Assembly (NCBI GenBank): GCA_031261785.1
Contig: JAISIZ010000094.1
Coordinates: 1,471-65,470, forward strand
Length of the DNA: 64,000 bases
Direction of reading: 5' to 3'
Origin: Mediterranea sp.
GTDB lineage: Bacteria > Bacteroidota > Bacteroidia > Bacteroidales > Bacteroidaceae
Each line of letters starts with the position of its first letter. Positions within the stretch are counted from its first letter, which is position 1. Below the pieces are notes generated by a model, which had not been told where the DNA came from, made no database searches, and saw only the letters and a program-made list of their open reading frames with translations. The translations under genes and the position numbers were made by a program. This document shows, piece after piece, positions 31,106-40,841 of this stretch.

Positions 31106-32284
31106 TTAGTTGAAGGCTGTCTCGAGCTTTCCGTCCCGTTGGTCTTCCAGGTGCTGCTTGTAGGTGGCCTCTTTCTGGGCGGGGGTGATGGGTTTTATCT
31201 TCTCGCCGTCCTTGAGGGTTTGCACGCCTTCTATCACGATCTTGTCGCCTGTCTTCAGTCCCGAGGTGACGAGGTAGACTTTGCCGTCGTCGAGGTTGTA
31301 GACGCCTATCTGGGTAAACTTCACGGTCTCGTCGGGCTGTAGCACGTACACGAACTTCTTGTCCTGTATCTCCACCGTGGCCTCTTGGGGGACGCTTATT
31401 ACGTTATTCTCGTCGTAGGGAATCATCACGTTGCCGCTTCCGCCACTGCGCAGGATGTGTTGCTTGTTGGGGAAGATGGCGCGCATGCTCACCGAGCCGG
31501 TCGATTGGTCGATGACGCCCGTCACGGCGTCGATCCGTCCATCCTCGCCGTACATGGTGCCGTCGCTCAGCCGCAGCTTCACGGCCGGCATCTTGGCCAC
31601 TTGCTCGGCCAGCGTGCCTCCCTCGCGGGTGAGGGCGAGCAAGTCTTTCTCTGTCATGGAGAAGTAGACGTACACCTCTTCCGACATGTCCGACACGGTG
31701 GTCATGGGCGTGGCGATGGATGGGCTGACGAGCGCGCCGACGCGGTAGGGGATGTCGTTGATGACACCGTCCGAGGGGCTGCGTACCTCGGTGAACGACA
31801 GGTTTTGGTTGGCGGCCACCAGCTGCGCCTGCGCTTGCGCCAATTGCGCTTGCGCCTGTGCGTAGGTGTTCTCGGCCATGGAGAGGTCGTAGTCGCTAAT
31901 GATCTGTTTCTTGTTTAGCGCGCGTTTGTTGTCGACGGTAATCTGTTGGGTGCTCACGGCTGCCTTGGCGGTCTCCACCGCTGCCTTGGCGGTGCGTACG
32001 GCGGCTTCGTACTGCGTGGGGTCGATCATGAACAGCAATTGTCCCCGGCGCACGGTGGCGCCTTCGTCCACGCAGAGCTTGGTGATAAATCCCGAGACTT
32101 GTGGGCGTATCTCTACATCTTGTTTACCCCTGATGCTGGCGGGATAAGATGTCGTAAGGTGCGCGGTGGTCTGTCGTAACTCCAGCACCGCGTACTCGGG
32201 CACTTTTCCGGTGTCATTGCCCTTATTGCCGCAAGCGGACAGGAGGGCTAAGCAAAATGCGATTAAAGCGAATCTACTTCTCAT
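31106..32284 (-). CDS. RND periplasmic adaptor (AcrA-like lipoprotein)
   Basis: Lipobox LSAC, IRPQVSG, VRSPSDG, lipoyl/hairpin architecture; -7 element TACTTTTG at 32409..32416. Confidence 0.95.
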   Translation of the reverse strand: MRSRFALIAFCLALLSACGNKGNDTGKVPEYAVLELRQTTAHLTTSYPASIRGKQDVEIRPQVSGFITKLCVDEGATVRRGQLLFMIDPTQYEAAVRTAKAAVETAKAAVSTQQITVDNKRALNKKQIISDYDLSMAENTYAQAQAQLAQAQAQLVAANQNLSFTEVRSPSDGVINDIPYRVGALVSPSIATPMTTVSDMSEEVYVYFSMTEKDLLALTREGGTLAEQVAKMPAVKLRLSDGTMYGEDGRIDAVTGVIDQSTGSVSMRAIFPNKQHILRSGGSGNVMIPYDENNVISVPQEATVEIQDKKFVYVLQPDETVKFTQIGVYNLDDGKVYLVTSGLKTGDKIVIEGVQTLKDGEKIKPITPAQKEATYKQHLEDQRDGKLETAFN

Positions 32285-32375
32285 ACCTTAAATTATCTAT
32301 GTTTCTATTACTAATATATTACATTCTATGATAGTGTTTTGTTCACGGATATGGGAGTTTAAGGCAGAAAAGCCG

Positions 32376-32401
32376 AAAACTATATGCGATGGTATAGTTT
32401 T
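32376..32401. promoter_or_regulatory. Palindromic candidate operator of the RND operon
   Basis: AAAACTATA-N8-TATAGTTTT, immediately downstream of the -7 element. Confidence 0.5.
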
Positions 32402-32599
32402 TAGACCGCAAAAGTACTGCTATTTTAGGGCTGTTGTACCCCTTCGTTCCTTTTTTTAACGATGTTTTTTATTTGTTGCGGTTCGGACAGGGAGAAGCTC
32501 TCCCTTTTTAATTCAACACAATGGGGAGGTATTCCGAGGTCAGCGTTTACGACAAGCTGGAGCCGGGCCGGATGCGGTTCCCTATTCGGGCACGGGCAT

Positions 32600-33844
32600 T
32601 CACGGCAGGTACTCCACGCGTTTGCAGGCGTTGGCTTGCAGAAATTCGTTCAGCTCCTCGACGTGGTTGCCGCGCAGCACGATGTGATGGTTGCCCAGCG
32701 GGGTCTTGAGGAAATACTCCACGGGGGAGTCGAGCTTGATGCGCACCTGCGTGCGGCAGAGGTTGATGTAGTTGGTGTTCTCCGTCAGCGTGCCGGTGGC
32801 GAGGTAGAATTCGTCGAGGCTCTCGCCTCCGCACTTCAGCAGGGTGACGTCCTCGGTGGGCAATATGCCTTGGATGGCGATGCCCTTACCCGTCTCGAAG
32901 TGGTCGCGGATGATGTACTTTTCGGTGAGCTTCAGCCCGGTGGTGCAGTGGGCCAGCACCAGCTCGTTGGCGCGGGTGTTGACCATGGCGGGGTTGGCCA
33001 TGAATCCTTCGCGTCCCACGAGGGCGCGTGCCACCATCAGGGTGAAGATGGACTGCAGGTCGCCCTCACAGCCGGCGGGTATCCCGTCGTCGTTCAGCAG
33101 CGACAGGGCGAGGCATCCGGTGACGCCGAGGTCTTCCACCATCTTGAAGCAGCTCAGCGTAACGGCCTCGAGGCGCTCCTCTTCGCATACTTGGCGGATG
33201 GCGCGGTAGAGCTTCATGGACTTCACCATGTCGTCGGGCGTACCCTCGCGGCAGGCCATAGCTTGCGACACGACGGCGGCGCAGGCCGGCCCCACGTCGG
33301 CGTCGGCGAGGCGATGGTAGCGCTCGTACACCTGTTCGAGCGGGATGTCGACATATTCCACTCCCCAGCGTCGCTTGGCCAGCAGGTAGTCCACCCCGCT
33401 GGCCACCAGCCAGGGCGAGGGGGTGCCTATCACGCCTACACGCTGGCCGTTGAGCGTGCGTGCGGCGCGGAAGTTGTTGTACAGGATGCGCATCCGGCGG
33501 CTGATGGTCGGTAGTTCGCCATGCAGGATCTCGCTCTTCATTCCCCGCTGGCGCAGCCAGGTGGAGACCTCCATGGCGGCGGCGAGTGAGTTCTGCATGC
33601 CGTCGGCCAGCAGGATGGCGGGGCGCGGCAGCTGTTCGAAGTGCCTGACGACGATGTTCTCCACGCCGCCGCTGGCGACGAACACGACCTTGAAGTCGTC
33701 CGCGCCCAACGTCTCCATCTCGGTATGGTCGACCAGGTTTACGGTGTAATACTTTTCCAGTTCGTTCAGGATTGCCTCGTGCGAGTTGGTCAGCGAGCTT
33801 TTCTTTTGCAGGGGCGAAGCGAACGCTATAAGATTTATAGTCAT
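32600..33844 (-). CDS. L-fucose/L-arabinose isomerase-like protein
   Basis: TLSCF, GCEGD, LAHCT, LGNHHIV motifs of the fucose-isomerase C-terminal fold. Confidence 0.7.
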   Translation of the reverse strand: MTINLIAFASPLQKKSSLTNSHEAILNELEKYYTVNLVDHTEMETLGADDFKVVFVASGGVENIVVRHFEQLPRPAILLADGMQNSLAAAMEVSTWLRQRGMKSEILHGELPTISRRMRILYNNFRAARTLNGQRVGVIGTPSPWLVASGVDYLLAKRRWGVEYVDIPLEQVYERYHRLADADVGPACAAVVSQAMACREGTPDDMVKSMKLYRAIRQVCEEERLEAVTLSCFKMVEDLGVTGCLALSLLNDDGIPAGCEGDLQSIFTLMVARALVGREGFMANPAMVNTRANELVLAHCTTGLKLTEKYIIRDHFETGKGIAIQGILPTEDVTLLKCGGESLDEFYLATGTLTENTNYINLCRTQVRIKLDSPVEYFLKTPLGNHHIVLRGNHVEELNEFLQANACKRVEYLP

Positions 33845-34013
33845 TGCGATGATTTTGTTTCTTACAAAAGTATGCTTTTCTTTCGATACGTGGAGCCAAA
33901 TTTCACCCTTGCTAAGCTTTTTAAAGCTTTTATGTGCCCCGTGTCCGTTTTATTGTGTACATTCGCGACTTTAGAAAACGGAAATCACTTTTTAAGCAGA
34001 CAGAGAACGCATC

Positions 34014-35213
34014 ATGCCAGCTATATCTATCCGCGGGAACGAGATGCCCGCGTCTCCTATCAGGAAGCTGTCGCCCCTGGCCGACGCCGCCAAAGGACGG
34101 GGCGTCCACGTGTTTCACCTCAACATCGGGCAGCCCGACCTGCCCACGCCGACAGCCGCTATCGAGGCTATACGCCACATCGACCGGACCGTGCTGGAAT
34201 ACAGCCCCAGCGCCGGCAACCGGAGCTACCGCGAGAAGCTGGTGAAGTACTACGCCAAATATCGCATCAACCTCACCGTCGACGACATCATCGTCACCTC
34301 CGGAGGTTCCGAGGCGGTGCTCTTCGCCTTCCTCTCCTGCCTCAACCCGGGCGACGAGATCATCGTCCCCGAGCCGGCCTACGCCAACTACATGGCCTTC
34401 GCCATCTCGGCCGGGGCGGTGATACGCACCATCGCCTCCACCATCGAGGAGGGCTTCGCGCTGCCCAAGGTGGAGAAGTTTGAGGAACTGATCAACGAAC
34501 GTACCAAGGCCATCCTCATCTGCAACCCCAACAACCCCACCGGATACCTCTATACCCGCCGGGAGATGAACCAGATTCGCGACCTCGTGGAGCGCTACGA
34601 CCTCTTCCTCTTCTCCGACGAAGTGTATCGGGAGTTCATCTACACCGGCTCGCCCTACATCTCGGCCTGTCACCTGGAGGGGATAGCGAACAACGTGGTG
34701 CTGATCGACTCCGTGTCGAAGCGCTACTCGGAGTGCGGCCTGCGCATCGGCGCGCTGATCACGAAGAACAAGGAGGTGCGCGGCGCCGTGATGAAGTTCT
34801 GCCAAGCTCGCCTCAGTCCCCCGCTCATCGGGCAGATTGCCGCCGAGGCGTCGCTCGACGCGCCAGAGGAGTATTATAGGGAGACGTACGACGAGTATGT
34901 GGAACGCCGCAAATGCCTCATCGACGGGCTTAACCGCATCCCCGGCGTCTACTCGCCCATCCCCATGGGCGCGTTCTACACCGTGGCCAAGCTACCGGTC
35001 GACGATGCCGACAAGTTCTGCGCCTGGTGCCTGTCCGATTTCTCGTACGAGGGGCAGACGGTGTTCATGGCTCCCGCCTCGGGCTTCTATACCACGCCCG
35101 GATCGGGCATCAACCAGGTGCGCATCGCCTACGTGCTGAAGAAGGAGGATCTCGTGCGCGCCCTCTTCATCCTCAAGAAAGCCCTCGAAGCCTATCCCGG
35201 CCGCGTGGACTAA
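34014..35213 (+). CDS. PLP-dependent class I/II aminotransferase
   Basis: LNIGQPD, NPNNPTG, DEVY, SVSKRYSECGLRIG. Confidence 0.93.
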   Translation: MPAISIRGNEMPASPIRKLSPLADAAKGRGVHVFHLNIGQPDLPTPTAAIEAIRHIDRTVLEYSPSAGNRSYREKLVKYYAKYRINLTVDDIIVTSGGSEAVLFAFLSCLNPGDEIIVPEPAYANYMAFAISAGAVIRTIASTIEEGFALPKVEKFEELINERTKAILICNPNNPTGYLYTRREMNQIRDLVERYDLFLFSDEVYREFIYTGSPYISACHLEGIANNVVLIDSVSKRYSECGLRIGALITKNKEVRGAVMKFCQARLSPPLIGQIAAEASLDAPEEYYRETYDEYVERRKCLIDGLNRIPGVYSPIPMGAFYTVAKLPVDDADKFCAWCLSDFSYEGQTVFMAPASGFYTTPGSGINQVRIAYVLKKEDLVRALFILKKALEAYPGRVD

Positions 35214-35237
35214 TCACTAACCCTTAGCGCTCCCCCC

Positions 35238-36482
35238 GTGTCTTTCCCCCTGTTCATTGCCCGCCGCATCTACCGCGAAAGCGATGGTGGAAAGCAGGTG
35301 TCGCGTCCGGCGGTGCTCATCGCCATGGCGGGCATCGCCATCGGGCTGGCGGTGATGATTATCGCCGTGGCGGTGGTGATAGGCTTCAAGAGCAAGGTGA
35401 GGGACAAGGTGGTAGGCTTCGGCTCGCACATACAAATCGTGAATCTCGACGCGGTGAGTTCGTACGAGACACGTCCCGTGGTGGCCGACGACAGTCTGCT
35501 GCGTGTCCTCTCGGCCTATCCCGGCGTGACCCACGCGCAACGCTTCTCCACCAAGCCCGGCATGATAAAGACCGACGACGCGTTCCAGGGCATGGTGCTC
35601 AAGGGAGTGGGACCCGAGTTCGACCCCACCTTCATGAGGCAGTACCTGGTGGAGGGCGAGATCCCCGCCTTCAGCGACACGGCCGCCACCAACCTGGCGC
35701 TCATCTCGAAGACGCTGGCCTCGAAATTGAAGCTGAAGCCGGGCGACAAGATCTATACCTATTATATACAGGACAACATCCGTGCCCGCCGCTTACAGAT
35801 AGCGGGCATCTACCAGACCAATTTTTCCGAGTACGACAAGCTCTTCCTCATCACCGATCTCTACCTGGTGAACCGCCTGAACGGTTGGCTACCCGGGCAG
35901 GTGACGGGCGTGGAGCTACAGATACGCGACTACGGCCAACTGGCGCCCACCACCGACGCCATAGCCTCGCGTCTTGACACCCGGCCCGACCGCTACGGCG
36001 GCGTGTACTACGTGCGCAGTGTCGAGCAGCTCAATCCGCAGATATTCGCATGGCTTAGCCTGCTCGACCTCAACGTATGGGTCATCCTCATCCTGATGAT
36101 AGGCGTGGCGGGATTCACCATGATCTCTGGACTGCTCATCATCATCATCGAGCGCACCAACATGATCGGTGTGCTGAAGGCGCTGGGCGCCACCAATTTC
36201 ACCATCCGCAAGACGTTCCTCTGGTTCGCCGTCTTCCTCATCGGCAAGGGCATGCTGATAGGCAATGTCGTCGGCATCGCCCTCTGCCTGCTTCAGTCGG
36301 CTTTCGGCCTGTTCAAGCTCAACCCCGAGACTTACTACGTGGACACCGTCCCCGTCTCCATCAATCCCCTGCTCATCCTGCTCATCAACGTCGGTACGCT
36401 GGCCGCCTCGGTGCTGATGCTCATCGGCCCGTCGTTCCTCATCACGAAGATCCATCCCGCACGCTCCATTCGCTACGAGTAG
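35238..36482 (+). CDS. lolE: LolC/LolE-family lipoprotein-release ABC permease
   Basis: IAIGLAVMIIAVAVVIGFK, ERTNMIGVLKALGA, YYVDTVP; 4-TM FtsX-like topology. Confidence 0.85.
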   Translation: MSFPLFIARRIYRESDGGKQVSRPAVLIAMAGIAIGLAVMIIAVAVVIGFKSKVRDKVVGFGSHIQIVNLDAVSSYETRPVVADDSLLRVLSAYPGVTHAQRFSTKPGMIKTDDAFQGMVLKGVGPEFDPTFMRQYLVEGEIPAFSDTAATNLALISKTLASKLKLKPGDKIYTYYIQDNIRARRLQIAGIYQTNFSEYDKLFLITDLYLVNRLNGWLPGQVTGVELQIRDYGQLAPTTDAIASRLDTRPDRYGGVYYVRSVEQLNPQIFAWLSLLDLNVWVILILMIGVAGFTMISGLLIIIIERTNMIGVLKALGATNFTIRKTFLWFAVFLIGKGMLIGNVVGIALCLLQSAFGLFKLNPETYYVDTVPVSINPLLILLINVGTLAASVLMLIGPSFLITKIHPARSIRYE

Positions 36483-36503
36483 GGCGATAAATCCCAATCG
36501 CGG
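36482..36503 (+). repeat. Partial degenerate third copy of the dispersed element
   Basis: GGGCGATAAATCCCAATCGCGG vs GGGCGACAAATTTCAATCGCGG (19/22), directly after the lolE stop. Confidence 0.55.
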
Positions 36504-36624
36504 CTATTCCTGGTCTCCGCTTCATTTGTTCCCTGCCGGTTCGCGTGAACGGGGAGTCCCGCACAGGACAAACGCATTTGCCTATAACGCGCTTAGCGCT
36601 ATTTAACATATCTAACGCACGAAG

Positions 36625-36653
36625 TGAGACATAATATGTACGGAATGAGACAT
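36625..36653 (+). promoter_or_regulatory. TGAGACAT direct repeats, 21-bp spacing, upstream of the orphan pilin
   Basis: Copies at 36625-36632 and 36646-36653; degenerate -7 element GATCTTCG at 36673..36680. Confidence 0.5.
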
Positions 36654-36777
36654 TTATAACACCGAAAATACAGATCTTCGCGGCAGCAATGAGAATTGCG
36701 GAAATCAGCTCCATTGGCAGCAGATTGAGAAAAGAGAAAGTAGAATAGAAAGTAAATTAATGAAAGAGAAGAAAGGT

Positions 36778-38893
36778 ATGAAAAAAACCATTTTCCACAT
36801 CCTATGCGCATTCGCCTTGCTCTCGTTGGTTGGTTGCGCCGAGGACATTACCGTTCCGACGGAAGTCAACCCGGCATCTTCCCCCGATGCCTACGGCATG
36901 GTGAGTTTCCGCCTTGCCGTGGAGAACGAAGCCTATCAAGACGGGTACCCGCAGACCCGCTCCGCGCAGGAAGAACCTATACAGTTTGTCCAAGAAATGA
37001 GCGATGGCTATACGCTGATATCCGAGCTGACCCCTGCCCCGGCGACCGTAAGCACACGCGCCCCGCTGGAGACGGGCACCAAGGTGCTCATGATCGTGTT
37101 CGACGACAAGGACAATCCCTCCACGCAAGACGATTCCCCCATAGGCTACCAACAGATCACCGTGAGCGAGACTGGCTCACTCGGATTCGACCTCCCCGTG
37201 TCCGACACCAAATATCGCCTGGTATTCTACACCGAGAATAGCTCGACGGACTTCACGGTTAGCGAATTCGTCGGCGGAGATACACAGGCTATAGGAAACA
37301 AAGGGGTACTACGAGGTGACCGACGGCTATCTCGGCGACAAATACGTCACCGTCACCTCGGCCACTTCCGGCACCAATAACGAGATTCCCGCCGACGCGA
37401 TGTACGCCCTGGTCGATGACGTCTCGGTCTCCGGCACGGAGGCCATCCTACCGGTCAAAACGATCACGTTCCACCACATGTTCGCGCTGCTGAACTGGAC
37501 GCTCATGGTCAACCCCGCGTCCCAGATCCATGAATCCATAGGCCGCACGGAGATCGGTCTCTATCCCCGGCGTACGCTCGCTCTCCTCAAACTTGGAAAA
37601 GTGGCCATGGCCAGCGACCCGAACGCCATTTCCACAGCGGACACGTGGCTCGGTAGAGGCACCTCGGTCAACGCCAGCACCGCTCAGAAGGGCCAGTTCC
37701 TCCACTACGACGCGCTGGGCGACGATACGAAAAAGGAGACTACCCTCACCCAGTCCCTCCGCTTCATCCCCATACCGACTTCCACCGTCGCCTCCACCCT
37801 CGTGATGAACATGCTGACGTTCAAGACGGATATCGACACCGTTACCATATATAAAAAGGAATATCCCATCAAGTATAAGAGCGGGTCAACGGAAAAGGCT
37901 GTAGTGTTCCAGCCCGGCAAGCAATACAACGTCACCAGCAAGCTGACGAAGGCACCGTTCTTCAAGGCGAAGAAAATATTGGCGATTACCACTGGAGGTC
38001 CCGAATCCATATATGCGGGTGCCGCCGGCGCTTCCAACGCGTTCCTGACGAGCGTGTACAACTTCTCGTTGAATGGAGTACTACCTGTCAACGGCGGCCT
38101 TACCATCGCTTCACTTCCCGCTCTGACCGCCGAGAACATAGGCACGGGATCCTCCTCCGAGGCTGACGATATTGTAGCCACCCTCAATACCAACCCCAAG
38201 CCCGACATCGTCATAGTTGGGGAGGATTGCTATTGGGACTCGGTGAATGTCGCGTCGAAAGCCATATTGGACTATATAGACCATGGAGGCGTGGTTATCA
38301 TGCTTTATGCGGGTGGGAACATACCGGAAGCAGTGGGTGGAGTCTGGAAAGCGACAGATTACAAGATGAAATTTGGCGGCACCGTGAATGGCCCTGGCGC
38401 AAGATACTTGATGAATGGTCCGGAAGGGGATCCCATCATGACGGGAACTGTCGGTGGCGTAACCTATAAATTCAAGACCGGGAGTTCCTTGGCTGGATAC
38501 TATTGGGGAGACGATTCGGAAGCCAACACGTACGTGATAGAACCGGGACACTCCGGGGATTTCGTGGTCTATTCGTCATGCGATGGCGCGCCGATCATGG
38601 TCCGATACAAGAAAAAGAACCTGTTCTTTGTGGGCGGCTCGGGATTCCTATCCGGTACCATACCCAGCAGTAACAATAATACGTCCTATCCCTTCGCGAC
38701 TGGATCCTCTCCCAAATATCACGCAAATTCCAAATTCATGTCCGGAGGCTACTCTGGCACAGGTATGGGTTCTGGCAGCGGCACAACTGAGAACGCCCAC
38801 ATCTTCGGCAACATCATGGCTTGGGCCATTTACCAGGCGCAGTATTACGGCATCAACACGTCGAATGGGCTTACTGGCATGCCGGCGGAGTGA
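36778..38893 (+). pseudogene. Type V pilin (fimbrillin-family) lipoprotein, ~704 aa if intact, split by a +1 frameshift near 37303..37306
   Basis: Lipobox LVGC, TRS/TRA processing-type sites, TFHH. Removing one G from GGGG joins ORF 36760..37380 to ORF 37316..38893 (…GNKG|YYEVTDGY…). Confidence 0.75.
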
Positions 38894-38915
38894 ACGCCGT
38901 GCGGCGTTCGCTCCG
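38886..38915 (+). terminator. 13-bp stem-loop spanning the pilin stop
   Basis: CGGAGTGAACGCC / GGCGTTCGCTCCG, loop GTGC; no U-tract. Confidence 0.5.
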
Positions 38916-38926
38916 TATGAGCCGGT

Positions 38927-39064
38927 CATCCATCCCCGAGAGGAGCATCGTCCTCTGCCCGTGAGGACCCCTCCATCTCTCCCTAAGAGAAGCCCCCCAT
39001 CTCTCCTTGGAGGGAGCATCCATCTCTCCCAATGAGTACGGAGCTTCTGTCCCTAAGCGTACGG
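38927..39064. repeat. Degenerate 23-24-bp tandem repeat (about 6 units, core CCATCTCTCC)
   Basis: Cores at 38973, 38997 and 39020; flanking units are more diverged; CCCTAAG recurs at 38981 and 39051. Confidence 0.7.
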
Positions 39065-40633
39065 ATAGACTCTTTGCTCCACCAGCCACTCGCCCAGCGT
39101 GCGGGTCTCCTTGCTGAAGGCCGCGCCGATCTTCACCAACCGCTTGCCGCTGGCGTTGTAGGGGATGAGGTATCCCTTCTCGTCGATCTGTCGCAGCGCG
39201 TCGTCGGCGGTGCCGTAACCGATCATCTTGAACTCGAAGACGTAGACGGTGCCGGCGATCTCCACCACGAGGTCGGCTCGGCCCTTGGCTGTCTGCCGCT
39301 CCATGCGCGAGCGTTCGCCCATGAGGGTGAAGAGGATATAGAGCGCGGTTTGGTAATAATTCTCCGACTTCTCCTCGGTGCCGTAAGGAATGTCGGCGAG
39401 GAAGGCTTGCAGGCGGGTCATGAAGGCTTCGACGTCGCCGCGGTAGAGGTCGCGCAAGAAGATTTTCGAGTCGAATTGATCGTCGTCCCCCCTGGGGAAA
39501 TAGAGCGGTAACAGGTTTTGCAGGAAAGCTATCCTGACCTCCTCGTTGGGGAATCCCAGCGTGTACAACTCCAGCACGGGGTCGTAATCCAGGATGGTGA
39601 GGTATCCACTCTGGAACATGAAGGGGATGAGGTTGTCCGAGCCTGCTCGGTAATCGGTAAACTTGGATTGCGAGACGAGTATGTTGCCTTCCAGATTGGG
39701 GACGTTGATGTCTCCCGCCTTGATGAGTTTCACTAAGAACGTGGGGGTTCCGGTGTGCGACCAGTAATAGGCGTATTTCGATTGGTCGAGCGTGTTGAGC
39801 ACGCTGAATGGGTTGTACACTCCCTCGGTGTTTTCGCAGAAATGGTAGCCGTCGTACATCCGTCGCATCTTCGCCAAGGTCTCCTCGTAAGTCACCTGTC
39901 CCGCTTCAGCCAAGGCGTGCAGCTCGGGCTGGAAGTCGCGCACAAGCTCCGTCTCCGTGATGCCGCAGATGCCGGCGTATCGCCTGTCCATGCTGATGTC
40001 CTTTGGCTGGTTCATGCCGCTGAACACGCCAGCTTGCCCGAATTTCGTCACGCCCGTGAAGAGGAGGAGCCGAAGATATGGGTCGGCGCTCTTCAGCACG
40101 CCGTAGAAGGCCTGGAGCTGGGGGCGTATCAGCGCGTGCAGCTCGGGATTGTCCATCGTGTCGAGCAGGGGCTTGTCGTACTCGTCGATGAGTACCACCA
40201 CACCTTTGCCCGTTTGCCGATAGGCTCTCTCGATGAGGCCTTTCAGACGGCTTGGGGGAGTGTCGTCGCTTTCATCTTTTCCCCACTGTTTCTCCAATAC
40301 TTTCAGGTTGGTGTTCAGCGCGGTCATGAACGTGTCTATGCTCGTGTAAGCGTCGACGTTCATGTCTAAGTGGAACACGGGATATTCTTCCCACTCCGTC
40401 TCCAGCTTCTCGATGGCCAATCCCCCGAACAGCTCGCGCTTGCCGAGGAAGTAGGCTTTGATGGTGGAGAGAAGCAGGCTCTTCCCGAACCGTCGGGGGC
40501 GGCCGAGGAAGTAGGGCTTTCCTTGGTAGGCGAGGCGGTAGATATATTCCGTCTTGTCCACGTACACGAAGTCGTTCCGACGAATGTACTCGAAATCTTG
40601 TATACCGATAGGCAGGGGTCTGCTGTTCATCAT
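39053..40633 (-). CDS. AAA-ATPase-like + PD-(D/E)XK nuclease (divergent copy 3, 526 aa)
   Basis: RPRRFGKS, VLIDEYDKP, FQSGYLTI, GRAD...FEFK, QIDEKGY; -7 element TACCTTTG at 40662..40669. Confidence 0.9.
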   Translation of the reverse strand: MMNSRPLPIGIQDFEYIRRNDFVYVDKTEYIYRLAYQGKPYFLGRPRRFGKSLLLSTIKAYFLGKRELFGGLAIEKLETEWEEYPVFHLDMNVDAYTSIDTFMTALNTNLKVLEKQWGKDESDDTPPSRLKGLIERAYRQTGKGVVVLIDEYDKPLLDTMDNPELHALIRPQLQAFYGVLKSADPYLRLLLFTGVTKFGQAGVFSGMNQPKDISMDRRYAGICGITETELVRDFQPELHALAEAGQVTYEETLAKMRRMYDGYHFCENTEGVYNPFSVLNTLDQSKYAYYWSHTGTPTFLVKLIKAGDINVPNLEGNILVSQSKFTDYRAGSDNLIPFMFQSGYLTILDYDPVLELYTLGFPNEEVRIAFLQNLLPLYFPRGDDDQFDSKIFLRDLYRGDVEAFMTRLQAFLADIPYGTEEKSENYYQTALYILFTLMGERSRMERQTAKGRADLVVEIAGTVYVFEFKMIGYGTADDALRQIDEKGYLIPYNASGKRLVKIGAAFSKETRTLGEWLVEQRVYPYA

Positions 40634-40841
40634 AAGAATTGCCTTTAAAGGGTTTATGCGACAAAGGTACGAATCTATTTCGTAGCGCGGAACACCAATA
40701 GGCTCTATTGGGAGCTATTCGGTCGTTTTTTTATAGGGATCCGGTTTGATGATCGTCTTGAAGCTAATCTTTGCAACTTTGCTGAACATTTTTCCCGCTC
40801 TTCCGTTCCTTGATATAGATAACTAATAAACATATAAAAGT

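Noticed and set aside
32489-32510. Plus-strand terminator-like hairpin AGGGAGA-AGC-TCTCCCT-TTTT suggesting an sRNA
   Set aside because: No plus-strand promoter consensus was found upstream; the 7-bp stem alone is insufficient without RNA data.
38927-39064. 23-24-bp repeats read as CRISPR or iterons
   Set aside because: Contiguous degenerate tandem units with no spacers, and no rep or cas gene nearby.
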